A stretch of DNA of 63,546 nt, filler included, from Squatina squatina (lineage: Eukaryota), in NCBI GenBank assembly GCA_031763465.1. It is 4 parts of 4 records of this genome, joined end to end, with 100 filler letters (N's around TTAATTAATTAA, not from the genome) between each part and the next. Parts side by side here need not be neighbours in the genome. Positions count along the whole stretch, not along the records: positions 1 to 14,325 come from JARFOE010000058.1; positions 14,426 to 33,737 come from JARFOE010000080.1; 2 more parts are not named here. The stretch is one strand, 5' to 3'. This document shows positions 11,461 to 23,479 of the stretch, in pieces; the first letter of the stretch is position 1, and each line of letters opens with the position of its first letter. The translations under genes and the position numbers were made by a program. The notes under the pieces were generated by a model. That model did not search any database, was not told the DNA's origin, and worked only from the letters and a program-made list of their open reading frames with translations.

Positions 11461-14012
11461 NNNNNNNNNNNNNNNNNNNNNNNNNNNNNNNNNNNNNNNN
11501 NNNNNNNNNNNNNNNNNNNNNNNNNNNNNNNNNNNNNNNNNNNNNNNNNNNNNNNNNNNNGGCCAGATACGGCTGGACATATTGTATATTACCTGTGACT
11601 TCCTGGTAGGAAACAGGGGGCTTAAAATGTACAGGGATGTGATGGGGAGAGTTCCTGATACATTTCCTGCCCCTATCCCAGTTTCACCAATATATCTGCA
11701 CAGAAAAGGTGGGACTCCTGGCCCCTGTCTATAGCCAATGAATTACCTGGGCACTTTTAAAATGTGACTTTTTACCAGGCTGGTGTCTACCACATTCAGG
11801 TGACTTTGAAGAGGTCTGTGAGACAGCCTCTTAGAGGAGATCTCAGATGTCAGATTGGGACCTCACTTCCAAGTTATATAATGACTTTTCACATTAATGC
11901 AAACTGAAAACCTCTCACATTGACTTGAGAGCTGCAGTCTTAGTGTAACATGAAAATTTGGCAGCTGTATGATAAAAAGACTTTATTAGCCTAATGCTTA
12001 AACTATGGGAAGTGCACTAAAATCTTACATTCCAAACATTCTGAGTAGTGATATGCAGGTGCTGTATTACTCTAATTATAGCCAGACTGTAAGATACAGC
12101 TGACTAGGACAGCCCGAAAAAGCAATGTAATGCTCCTAGCGCAACAAATGCACACTCAAATTATCTTTAATGACCTCCAGAACAGCATCTCTACAAACAA
12201 AGTGGGTTTGAAACCAAATCCTCCAACACACATAAATTTGTTTTACAGCCTTGTAAAACCCTGGTAGTGAAAGACGGTGACATGCAGTAAAGATATCATT
12301 CCACATCGTACCACCCTTTGGATATATTGCCAGATTAGTAGCATTANNNNNNNNNNNNNNNNNNNNNNNNNNNNNNNNNNNNNNNNNNNNNNNNNNNNNN
12401 NNNNNNNNNNNNNNNNNNNNNNNNNNNNNNNNNNNNNNNNNNNNNNNNNNNNNNNNNNNNNNNNNNNNNNNNNNNNNNNNNNNNNNNNNNNNNNNNNNNN
12501 NNNNNNNNNNNNNNNNNNNNNNNNNNNNNNNNNNNNNNNNNNNNNNNNNNNNNNNNNNNNNNNNNNNNNNNNNNNNNNNNNNNNNNNNNNNNNNNNNNNN
12601 NNNNNNNNNNNNNNNNNNNNNNNNNNNNNNNNNNNNNNNNNNNNNNNNNNNNNNNNNNNNNNNNNNNNNNNNNNNNNNNNNNNNNNNNNNNNNNNNNNNN
12701 NNNNNNNNNNNNNNNNNNNNNNNNNNNNNNNNNNNNNNNNNNNNNNNNNNNNNNNNNNNNNNNNNNNNNNNNNNNNNNNNNNNNNNNNNNNNNNNNNNNN
12801 NNNNNNNNNNNNNNNNNNNNNNNNNNNNNNNNNNNNNNNNNNNNNNNNNNNNNNNNNNNNNNNNNNNNNNNNNNNNNNNNNNNNNNNNNNNNNNNNNNNN
12901 NNNNNGAGTAGTTATGCCCCCTGTTTCCCAAGCATCAAGTGCGGCTGTGCTCAGGGCATCAGGGAGGCAGCATCCAAAAGTGCAGCACTTCCCTGCAGTG
13001 AAAGGAGATGAGTCGGTTGAAGCGAGTAAAGCTGGCTCTTTGGAGCAACTGGTTGCAGAGCAGCATTGAGCAGAGATGGCTCAAGAGTTTGCCTGCCTGC
13101 CTAGTGTCTGGATGGGAGGACTGATGCATACAATTGGATGCCTAGATTAAGGAAGAAAAATTAATTAAATTAAGTGTGCAAGAAAAACATTTGCACCTTG
13201 GTTCTAGTTATCGCTGTCTTCTGCACTCACAATCACTGATGTGTTGACTCATCTCTATAATCATCACACTCTCATTGTTGTGGAATGAAACTTTTCAGTT
13301 TGCCTGTTGTCCTCAGTTTCCTAGCACTGTACAGTTAAATTATTGTACTGTTCAGTCACTGCTTCTGCTACACTTTTAGCTACTGCCATATTTCCTTGTT
13401 CACTGTATTTTGATAAAATAGAGAATAGAAAGTGTCCTGTGATATATTTATGTAACATATACATACTCACACAACATACCAGTGTGAAATTGCAAGTGTG
13501 TTTTGTCCATTGGGTGGAATGAGACGTAAAAATGCTATTTGAAAATGGCAGCTAGGAGCAAAGGTATTTAGAGAACAAAAAATGTAGAGAAGTGTCAGTG
13601 TAGGACCGTTGGACAAAAAGAGTTTTTTTTTCAATGTATAATTTTAGTGGATTCTTGTTTCTGTGAAAATGCAATGATAACTGACACAGTTTGGCAATAT
13701 GCCACACCACTGCTGTGTGTCTGGTTGCTAAGATTCTTAATGACCCCATAGGATCAGGTATCAGAGAGTTGTAGGGGCATTCTCATTATATAAAATGTAT
13801 TAAACAATATTTTGAATTTTAAGGCAAACTCACAAACATTATATAGTATGTTGAATGGTGTATATTATAATTAATACTAGGTAAATTCCAGCTCCACAGC
13901 TGAACCAGAAGGAACTGCTTTTGAAAAGTGTCTTTTTTTTAACAACAGTAAGTTGGTATATTAACTCTGAAATTAGAATCCCTAATATAGCTTTCATTGT
14001 TTTGCACTACAG

Positions 14013-14111
14013 GTATTCTACGCCACTTTCACATGGAGAAAATATCAAGGAGAGACTTTGAAAAACAGGTTAATCTTGGGTCTTTCCAACTACTCACACG
14101 GACCACTCAGA
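14013..14111 (+). CDS. CHRDL1: chordin-like 1, penultimate coding exon
   Basis: (G)ILRHFHMEKISRRDFEKQVNLGSFQLLTRTTQ versus recalled human [30 protein letters not shown]. Acceptor ttttgcactacag, donor gtaagt, 99 nt, phase 1-1. Confidence 0.88.
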
Positions 14112-14325
14112 GTAAGTAATAACAGTTCAGGACCTGCAAAACACAACAACACTGAAGTAAACTAACTGGGAACACATTATTCTTTGAAGAAACATTATAA
14201 AAATGTTGTATGCTCTTTAAGTTGAGGGATGTCAGTACTGATTTTACCACTATTAGTAACCAATCCCAGCATCAAGCACACCTAAGCTGGGTATAATATG
14301 GATTGAGTGCAGTAAACTCCCTTTA

Positions 14326-14425
14326 NNNNNNNNNNNNNNNNNNNNNNNNNNNNNNNNNNNNNNNNNNNNTTAATTAATTAANNNNNNNNNNNNNNNNNNN
14401 NNNNNNNNNNNNNNNNNNNNNNNNN
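14326..14425. other. artificial scaffold-joining spacer (N44-TTAATTAATTAA-N44)
   Basis: 12-mer at 14370-14381 with stops in all six frames, symmetrically flanked by Ns. Identical construct occurs three times. Confidence 0.95.
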
Positions 14426-16559
14426 ATTTGTGCATAAATAATCACATTCAAACCCTAAGTGGAGGCTACCCAAGAATGAACGGCTTTCGACAACTTTTCC
14501 GAAACTAGATGCTCTTGGGTGATCCTGAACTGCCAGCAATGTTAAGTCAAGGTAGCAGCAACATGGATTCTCCATGAGTTTTTAGGAACTCTCCAGTCAA
14601 TCAGCATTTACAGATGCAACAAAACTGACATGTGCACTTATGATGTTAGCGCCAATAGAAGGCCCATCATTGTTCTAAACTTTCGGTGCAATAGTTTGGC
14701 TTAACATCAACGCTGTTATCAGTACAGATTCTCTTAAGAACTATACTTCAATCTTCTGTGGCAAACATGGTTGCATATCTCAGCAATGAAATTCTGATGG
14801 GTGCACAAGTATATAATTTGAAGCACAATGGCTTAAAGGCAATGTGACCTCTACTGTAGTATATGAGTACCAATACACTAATTAGTCTAATGACAGCAAT
14901 ACCTGTCTCTGTACAATTAGATTTTACCTTAGGTAAACTTATGTATGGTATTGCAAATTTCAGATGATACAATGAAAAGTTGATGTATATTGTGAGACCT
15001 GCAAATTATAGCCAGTATTTTAAACACCAAATACTTCCCAATCGAACACTGCAGCCAATACCCCAAGAAGCAGATAATGTACTGCCTGCCATTCAGGCCA
15101 GCATGTGCTACCAATTATACAGCAGTACATAACAATGAACACATTAACTCCAATTGACTGACTACCTGCAATCCTCGTTGAATTAAGTACTCTTGTTACA
15201 TGACAAATATTTACCAAATATCCATCATTACTAGCTAACTATTTCAAACGATACAGTAAATCCTCCTTGTAGGATAAAGAGATGTCTGCAACAGGAACCG
15301 TATGCTGCACATAATTACTTGGTTTCTACTGTAAACAGAAGGCATTAGAGTGAATTTTTGACATTTGCCTTTTTCTCAAGAACACAGTGTACAATAAGCA
15401 GTGCAGTTCCATAAAAAATACCTTCATGAAAAAGAAAATCCATTTATATAGTGCCTTTAAAGTCCCAAGGTGCTTTTGACATGTATTCNNNNNNNNNNNN
15501 NNNNNNNNNNNNNNNNNNNNNNNNNNNNNNNNNNNNNNNNNNNNNNNNNNNNNNNNNNNNNNNNNNNNNNNNNNNNNNNNNNNNNNNNCTGGTCCCAGGC
15601 AGGCAAATTTCACAATCTTATGGACACCTAGGGCCAGTGAACCACTGTTGGAAATCTATAATCTACATTCAAGATTTCATTACCAGGCACACACTTCAAT
15701 AAACTAGTTTTAATTTGGTTTTATATTCTTTAGTGCCATATTGAGTTAGGACCAGTGTTAAAAATGTACAGGGAAGTCAAGCAAGAAGACATTGTAACTC
15801 ATTTAGATCATTTTATGAAAGCAGCAAATGGCATTCTTTTTATTCCTTTTCCTGCTACTATTTAATATTCATGAGAAAAAAAAAATCACAAAGACCAACT
15901 TTAAAACTTATTGCAGCAGAGAAAAATGTTGCAGTGTGGCATGCTGAAATGGATATTCGGTTCTGAAAGCATTCAGACACTATGCAAACATTAACAGAAT
16001 CATAGTTTTTCTAATATTAAATCAAGTTATTCATTATACACAAGGGCTGCTGTGAAAACAGATAATGTTACACAAAGGCTAAGTTCATTAGTTCTGGACA
16101 GGTNNNNNNNNNNNNNNNNNNNNNNNNNNNNNNNNNNNNNNNNNNNNNNNNNNNNNNNNNNNNNNNNNNNNNNNNNNNNNNNNNNNNNNNNNNNNNNNNN
16201 NNNTTCAAGATACATATGAACATATAAACAGGAAGATTACTGTACACTAAATGGAACTCAAACACCTGCAAATATTCTCACAAGTTCAATGCAACTGAAT
16301 ACACGAAGTCTTTCAGATTAGAGAGAAGTGAATACAACTTTTTTTTTTAAAAGAAACACTGTAGATTACCAACATGCTTTTCAATCTTGTAATGAGGTCA
16401 ACATACTTGTGCAATTTTCAGTTTGGCACATCTGTTACACTCAAGAGAGTCTGGCCAACACGAGGAGGAAATTCTTTAATACTCCCACACTTCGTGATCT
16501 TTGTTTCGTTGCAACCGGTTCCAGTCAGAAAGGAAGAAAATAAATGTTGGAAATCTTAC

Positions 16560-16657
16560 CTCAAATCTTCCAGTAAGTCACATTCCCCCTGATGCTTCGC
16601 CTGAAGTTTAGTCATTTGCTCAGCATGGATGTTTTTCAGTTCTTGAGTAATTTTTAC
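16560..16657 (-). CDS. FCHSD2: FCH and double SH3 domains 2, exon 2 (start of F-BAR domain)
   Basis: VKITQELKNIHAEQMTKLQAKHQGECDLLEDLR versus recalled human VKVTQELKNIQVEQMTKLQAKHQAECDLLEDMR. Acceptor tttcttctttatcgaag, donor gtaaga, 98 nt. Absent from the ORF track. Confidence 0.9.
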
Positions 16658-17769
16658 CTTCGATAAAGAAGAAACACCCCGTTGTTTTAAGAAATAACAA
16701 AGCCATACAAATAAAATGATTCCCAAACTACAACTGAACCCACCAGCTTACTCACGAAAACGTACGAAACAANNNNNNNNNNNNNNNNNNNNNNNNNNNN
16801 NNNNNNNNNNNNNNNNNNNNNNNNNNNNNNNNNNNNNNNNNNNNNNNNNNNNNNNNNNNNNNNNNNNNNNNNTGTTGAAGTGTTACAATTTTAAACATTG
16901 TTTAAAGGAAAATTAAAACCTTGTGGTACTGTCAGATAGGGCCGAAGACAAAGAAAATAAAAATAGTACTTAGGGCTTGGGGCTATCCTGAGATTAAAAA
17001 TTGGAACATTCTTCGTAGAATTGATAGAGAGCCGTCAATATTAAAGGCAGTATCAAAAATATTCAGTAATCTCTTTCTGCATAAGTAGACAACATCTGTG
17101 TATGGTGGGGCCTAAACTCTCATAGTTTTTGAACTAATTCCTGCAAATGTCTTTGAACATAATCTGAAACCAGTCACTTCCAGAAACTGTTAGAATTGCA
17201 AACAGGAAATGATGATATGACAAGATAGCAAAAAGATAAAGCTGACTTGTCAATGTACAGCTGTCTTGGACCAGAAATAAAAGTGCAATGACTTTAGAGA
17301 GAAACTTTTATATAGTCCACAAGTTAAATAAATAAGACAGCTGGGAGGGAACAGAGGGCTACAGCAGCTCACACAAAAAGGCTAATTGCTTAAGGTTCTT
17401 GTCACGCGTTACGTCATCTAAAGCCTTTGTGCAGCTGCCTCGCAATTTCCTCCATTATTCTATCCATAAATAGATGAAACTGGAGCTGTACTCCTGCAAT
17501 TTGTGAACCATTTGGCTTCTTTGATTGCACGCAATTGGTACATGTCCCACTATCCTGGTCTTGCCTCAGACTGAATAGAAAAATACAACACTAACATGAC
17601 AGTTCATGACAGACTGGGTCTTTTATTTTTAAATTGTTCTCAGGATGTGGGCGATACTGGCCCATCCCCAGTTGTCCAAGAAGCTGCAGCTGCCACAGAA
17701 AAGGTGCTGGGCCTTTGTCTTGAGTGACTTTTTTTTTAAAAACAACTAGAGTCTTTACGAGTCAATAGT

Positions 17770-18210
17770 GTCCACCGTGGCTCAGTGGTAGCACTCTCGC
17801 CTCAGAGTCAGAAAGTTATGGGTTCAAGCCCCATTCCAGAGATTTGAGCACATAATCTAGACTGTCATTTCAGTGCAGTGCTGAAGGAGTGCAGCACTGT
17901 AAAATGGTGTCTTTTGGATGAGGCGTTAAATGAAGGCCCCACCCCTTTCAGGTGGGTGTTAAAAATCCCATTGCACTATTAGAAAAGCAGGGGAGTTCCC
18001 CTGGTGACCTGGTCAACATGTATCTCTCAACCAACTCCACTAAAAACAGATCCTTACTGTTTTTATGGGACCTTGCTGTGTGCAAATTCGCTTCCAAGTT
18101 TCCCTCAGTTATAACAGTGACTGCATTTGAAATGTTCTTCATTGGCTGTGAAGTGTTTTTGGACGTCTTGAGGACATGAAAAACGCTATGAAATTGAAAA
18201 TTCTTTCTTT
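17770..18210 (+). mobile_element. near full-length Deu-domain SINE (SacSINE1-like): tRNA-derived head, Deu domain, L2-like tail
   Basis: A-box gtggctcagtgg, B-box gggttcaagccc, Deu core ggatgaggcgttaaa...aaaatcccattgcactatt...gcaggggagttcccctgg, and a T-rich simple tail. Confidence 0.85.
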
Positions 18211-19547
18211 TCTTCCATTCATCAAGTAGCCAGTTCTTCTAAGGAATCTTTTCCATTGCCACTGTGCCCACACCAGTTCCAGCCATTATATAAATGCATT
18301 TAATCTAGCAAGCTGCAATAGACTTACATGCCAAATGCAACAATACACTGGCTCATCATTTCTTCATTGCAACTCCTGTACCTTTGCAAAAGACAGAAGA
18401 TTAGATCAGTTTAAGCTGTGGTCATTTCTCCTATGTCTAATGTATCCCCATCTTAAAAATGGGCATCATATAGTGAATCATTTTGAGCAGATATTTCATG
18501 TGAAAGGAAGTACAGAGCTATCTTAAGCCATTCTTTAACTAAAATCAGATTTCTGCATTCTTGTTGATCCCTGGAGTTAATTTATTCTGAGAAAAGCTTT
18601 AAGTGTTACATCATGTCAGTGCCCGAGGAAGAAAAAAATATACTTATGTTTGTGTAAGATTTAAAAAATTGATTATTTCAACTTTATTAAAAGTTAGATG
18701 TGAATGACGTAGACCCAGCTCCATGTCAGGTGTTTTTGTTTCATCATTTTAATTTTATTTGTCCCACTTCTGCAATTCCCCTTTTGCTGCTGATCAATTC
18801 TACCAGCAGAAGTTAACTGTCTCTGATTTTCCCAAATAATTCTCGCTGGTATCAAGGATGCACAGTATCCAGAATTATCAGTGAGAATCCCTACTGCACC
18901 ACTGCACGGAGGGGTGTGTCAGTGCACTAACTAGATGTACCACCAAAGGTACCAATAAATAGTTTATTTTAACAAAATAAAGTTTGAAAAGCAAAAGGAT
19001 GCTCATTCCCATAGGCACTTTATCACTCAACACTTGACAAAGTTTTGCCTTTTAGTTTAGAAAAATGCTACAATCCAAAATGTAGTTATGTCAAAAGAGA
19101 ACGCCTTAATTTATGTAGAACAAAGGGTGGTCACAAAATTCCCCTTTATGAAACATTTACATGACACCTCCTCTGAGTCAGTGATTGGATAAGTGTGCAT
19201 TTAAAAATTATTACCCATATTCCATTTCTTTAGTTATTAGAGTCTCGCCTATTACAATTAATTGTATTAACATGTGACACAATAATATAAGTAAGGGCTT
19301 CAAAGCATATTGTAAATGATTCTAGTCCTTAAACTCTTGCATAAGTTTAAAACAGCTTTCTGATGTTCAAAATTCTTGTTAAGCCTTATTGAGTTATAAA
19401 TCCCCTAGCTTTTAGATACTCCAATATCTCCACAGGTGGTTCTCCTACTTCAAAGACCTTCAAATCAGAACAATATGAAGCCACCATGATCCTGGAAGAG
19501 AAGGAGATATTTGTCTGGAGGGATGCAGGGACATCAACAAACTGCTA

Positions 19548-19811
19548 AAACAACAACAACAACTTATATTTATACAGCATCTTTAACGTAGTAAAACGTC
19601 CCAAGGCGCTTCATAGGAGTATTACAAGACAAAAATTTGTCACCAAGCCACATAAAAAGAAATTACGGCAGATGACCTAAGGTTGTTCAAAGAGGTCGGT
19701 TTTAAGCAGCGTCTTAAAGGAGGAGAGAGAGGTCGAGAGGCGGAGAGGTTTAGGGAGGGAGTTCCAGAGTTTAGGGCCCAGGCAGCTGAAGGCACGGCCA
19801 CCGAAGGTTGA
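19548..19811 (-). mobile_element. L2-clade LINE 3' end
   Basis: Minus strand gives an AFS...WNSLP...FKTLLKT-like ORF2 terminus followed by a 3' UTR ending in (gtt)n. Confidence 0.8.
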
Positions 19812-20467
19812 NNNNNNNNNNNNNNNNNNNNNNNNNNNNNNNNNNNNNNNNNNNNNNNNNNNNNNNNNNNNNNNNNNNNNNNNNNNNNNNNNNNNNNNNN
19901 NNNNNNNNNNNTTAAATGCACAATACTAACTGATATTTTCAGATGCTATCTCATCATTAACAGTGCCATCATTAAGTATAAATAAATAATTGCTGTTCTC
20001 TGACAAAGAAACGGAATCATACAACACAGATAATGATACATTATTCCAGCATTCAAAGGAACAAAGATGGTGACAATCCTTTGAAAATAAGCAGATACTA
20101 GAAAACCTCTATTTATGTTCAAAGAACTTAATGAGAAAATGGAGGAAGTTTGAAAAAAATCAAGATCGAACGTATGTTTAAAATTTCTGGATTTTAACAA
20201 ACTCTGAAAGGTGAGGTTTATTAAAGGATATAGCCTCTAATCTACAAGTTTTACAGCTCATCTCATTAAAAAAGATATGAAATTGTTTTATTTATTGAAG
20301 TAAGCACTCAGTTCCCTAGATCAGAACAAAACACTCGTATTCTAACACACAAGCATTTACATGCAGATGCACATGTATAAATAACTTTTGCAATTTATTT
20401 TATCCAAGTTAAGAATGATCACACATTTGTTTTCTGTGCATTATAAGAGAAATTCAAACTCAAAGTG

Positions 20468-20625
20468 ACCTTGTCCCTCCCTATCTCTGTAACCAGCCCT
20501 ACAAACCTCCAAGGACTCTGCGTTGATCCAATTCTGGCCTCTTGTGCATCCCCGATTTCCTTTGCCCCACTGTTGGCGGCCGTGCCTTCAGCTGTCTAGA
20601 CCTTAAGCAATTAAATTCTCTCCCT
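20468..20625 (+). mobile_element. L2-clade LINE ORF2 fragment
   Basis: Encodes PTVGGRAFSCLDLKQLNSLP, a degenerate L2 ORF2 C-terminus overlapping the same family as 19548-19811. Confidence 0.75.
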
Positions 20626-21176
20626 ANNNNNNNNNNNNNNNNNNNNNNNNNNNNNNNNNNNNNNNNNNNNNNNNNNNNNNNNNNNNNNNNNNNNNNNNNN
20701 NNNNNNNNNNNNNNNNNNNNNNNNNNGACCAGCTTTTGAACAACTACAGGGCTAGGGAAAAGGGGGGCAGTAAAGGACAGGGTGGAAGGCAGGAGTGATT
20801 CATTGACAAAAGTGATGTTTTTGCAAGGAAAAGGAAGGAGATAATGGAAAAAAGTATAGAAACAAAAGATGGGGCCAGGAGAGGTGTAAATGGTTAGAGC
20901 AGAATTGCCGAGGGGGAGGGAAGCATGGCAAATCGGACAAAAAGGAGAAAGCTCTTATGGCCCGGGAATGTGGCGGAAGAAAGGCACCAGCGGTGCAGAC
21001 CCCAGCCAGCCGTGGGGAACCCCCCCAAGCACCAGTCCACATCTGCTCCACTCCCACTCCACTCTGGTACAGCATCTTCCACTGCGGTAGGGGCGCACCT
21101 GGGGATGAGGTTAAATCACATTAACAGAGTAGCAGAGAAGAAGGAGATTTATTCTGGTAATCAATTTACACTGTAC

Positions 21177-21272
21177 CTTGCCTGTGAATACTGAAGGACA
21201 CGACTGCCGCCAACGAACCGGAAGCGGACTGCGCATGTGCGCTGTCGGTTTGTCACCGGAGCGGGGATTCGT
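21177..21272 (-). promoter_or_regulatory. CpG-rich housekeeping-type promoter with candidate non-coding first exon
   Basis: ETS ccggaag at 21218-21224, NRF1-like tgcgcatgtgc at 21230-21240, and a minus-strand donor CAAG|GTACAG at 21177/21176. Confidence 0.55.
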
Positions 21273-21275
21273 TTA

Positions 21276-21458
21276 AAAAAATGTAAATGCCTGCAGGGAG
21301 CAGGAAAAATGTCAGCAAAGAGCAGGAAAAAGGTCGTGAGAAAACGGGAAAAATGTCGGGAGAGACTGGACTGCTTCAAAAATGCCAGGAGAGAGCAGGA
21401 AAAATGTTGGGAAGGAGCAGGAAAATGCCAGGAGAGAATGGACTGCTTCAAAAATGCT
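21276..21458. repeat. purine-rich degenerate minisatellite (about 21-22 bp units)
   Basis: Repeated gagcaggaaaaatg units and a duplicated tggactgcttcaaaaatgc block about 72 bp apart. Confidence 0.75.
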
Positions 21459-23479
21459 CTGTGGAAAAGTTTGATTCCAGATTAATGTGCAGTCCGCTTC
21501 TGCGCAACCTCTGGTCGTTGGCAGGAGTCATTCCGAATGCTGAATCCTGATATATAAAAATAAATTCCATTTCCTAGATAAAACATTCTTCATCTTGATG
21601 AGCACAAAATTCAAAAGGAAAAGAAAAACGTTTGTGCTCCAAGAGATTTTCTCATTTATATCATTGTATCGGCACATGTAACCTGCGACCCCATGTTCAA
21701 CCCGGTTGGATTCAGAACTCACATTGAAGAAACAACCGCACCATTTACTTGCCATTGGCTCCTGAAGATTTCTGGTGGTTGCAGGCTGACAACCTTTTCC
21801 CATAATATGTCTAGTATTTCTCTTGATGCATCGTGAGTGCTGAAACTGCTTTGTGCCCCTAGCATGATGATGTCCGATTGATCTGAGCACTGCCATATTA
21901 TTAATTTTCTTATGAGGAGGTCTGTGTTCCAGCTAACTGTTCTTTCTTTACAGACTGCAATTATAATGTGCTTTGCTTCTTGCCCTTAGTGTTTCACGAA
22001 ATACTGATATGGTAAAAGAGTTCATTAGCTTTTCCTCACAGGCAGCTCAGTCCTGTTTCAGATTTTTATATTNNNNNNNNNNNNNNNNNNNNNNNNNNNN
22101 NNNNNNNNNNNNNNNNNNNNNNNNNNNNNNNNNNNNNNNNNNNNNNNNNNNNNNNNNNNNNNNNNNNNNNNNCATGGGGTCACTTGCCTGGAATTTCTCG
22201 GTTCTGACAGGAATTGCAGCACCCACAAGCCCAAGAGCTTCTGTGAGGTAACAGGAGTGGGTGTAAGAAGTGTTCACACCCTACGAAGTGTAATTTCCTG
22301 GTGATTTATTAATGAGGTGGAAACACTGTCACTCTGGGCTCCAACCTAAAATGTCGCATCTTGCAGGACTAATCCACCAGTTGTGCTCCCCTCCCCTGAT
22401 TCATACAATTTCTAGGCTGGAATATTTTTCTGTTGGTCATAGATGGATAACATTGCACTTACCAGAATATAGTGCAGAGTGGGGCGATATCCTTTCCAAT
22501 TCTTAGCACCAAATCTAATCCTTAATATAGTCTTGGAATGGTTCGCTCTCTGTTTAAATGTCATGGATTTTTACCAGACATCCACTGTGCAGCGCACCAC
22601 TGTGTAACATGCTATTTGGCTGGATCCCAGGTATTGCATCATAGTTATGGTCCACTGTGCATTAAGGTTATAAATGGCAACATTACTTCTGACCAGCCAG
22701 TAATGAAGGCTGGTGATGCGAGACACAGATTTCAAATCGTNNNNNNNNNNNNNNNNNNNNNNNNNNNNNNNNNNNNNNNNNNNNNNNNNNNNNNNNNNNN
22801 NNNNNNNNNNNNNNNNNNNNNNNNNNNNNNNNNNNNNNNNCGTAAAATGACATTATAATAAAAGAAAGAGGTCAATGATGTGGCTGAGTTTACAGATAAT
22901 TGTGAATGTAAAATTAATAAAGTGTAATGCTTTGGCCTGGAATTTGCGGTTGTAAAGACAGAGAAACTGTCAGCATTCGCCAAAGTTACTGTGTAAAACT
23001 GACTGACAGCAACTTATGATGACCACACGTGCACAATTAAACATGGAAATCCAGAAGTTGCTGTCAATGATACCCTGCTGCTCCACAGGGTGCACTATTG
23101 CAGTCTTCACAGATGCAGTCAACACAGAATCAATTATTTGACATGAACTTCAATATTTTTACGCACTATTCGTAAAAACCATTGAAAAAGTTAAACCTTG
23201 TTGAAGGAGATGTAACAGAGATTTTTAAACGGTGTACTAAGTCATAATTATTGCTGAACAATCTCTCTCACCCTGAAAAACTAATTTTATAAGTGTGGAG
23301 TGTCAATCCCTCTATTCCATGATAAAAATTCCATAGATTTTTTAAATTAAAATTTTCTAAAAAAAGTTTTAGTTATTTTNNNNNNNNNNNNNNNNNNNNN
23401 NNNNNNNNNNNNNNNNNNNNNNNNNNNNNNNNNNNNNNNNNNNNNNNNNNNNNNNNNNNNNNNNNNNNNNNNNNNNNNN

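Noticed and set aside
12277-13011. Long ORF-track entries spanning N runs
   Set aside because: Length comes from Ns, which contain no stop codons.
14370-14381. TTAATTAATTAA as a biological palindrome or homeobox site (also 33782 and 50567)
   Set aside because: Always embedded in exactly 44+44 Ns; it is an artificial linker.
17775-17850. tRNA gene
   Set aside because: A and B boxes are present but there is no complete cloverleaf, and it runs directly into a Deu-domain SINE body.
21276-21458. CRISPR-like array or coding repeat (ORFs 21237-21485 and 21287-21550)
   Set aside because: Vertebrate context, degenerate units without unique spacers, and ORFs explained by a stop-poor purine-rich minisatellite.
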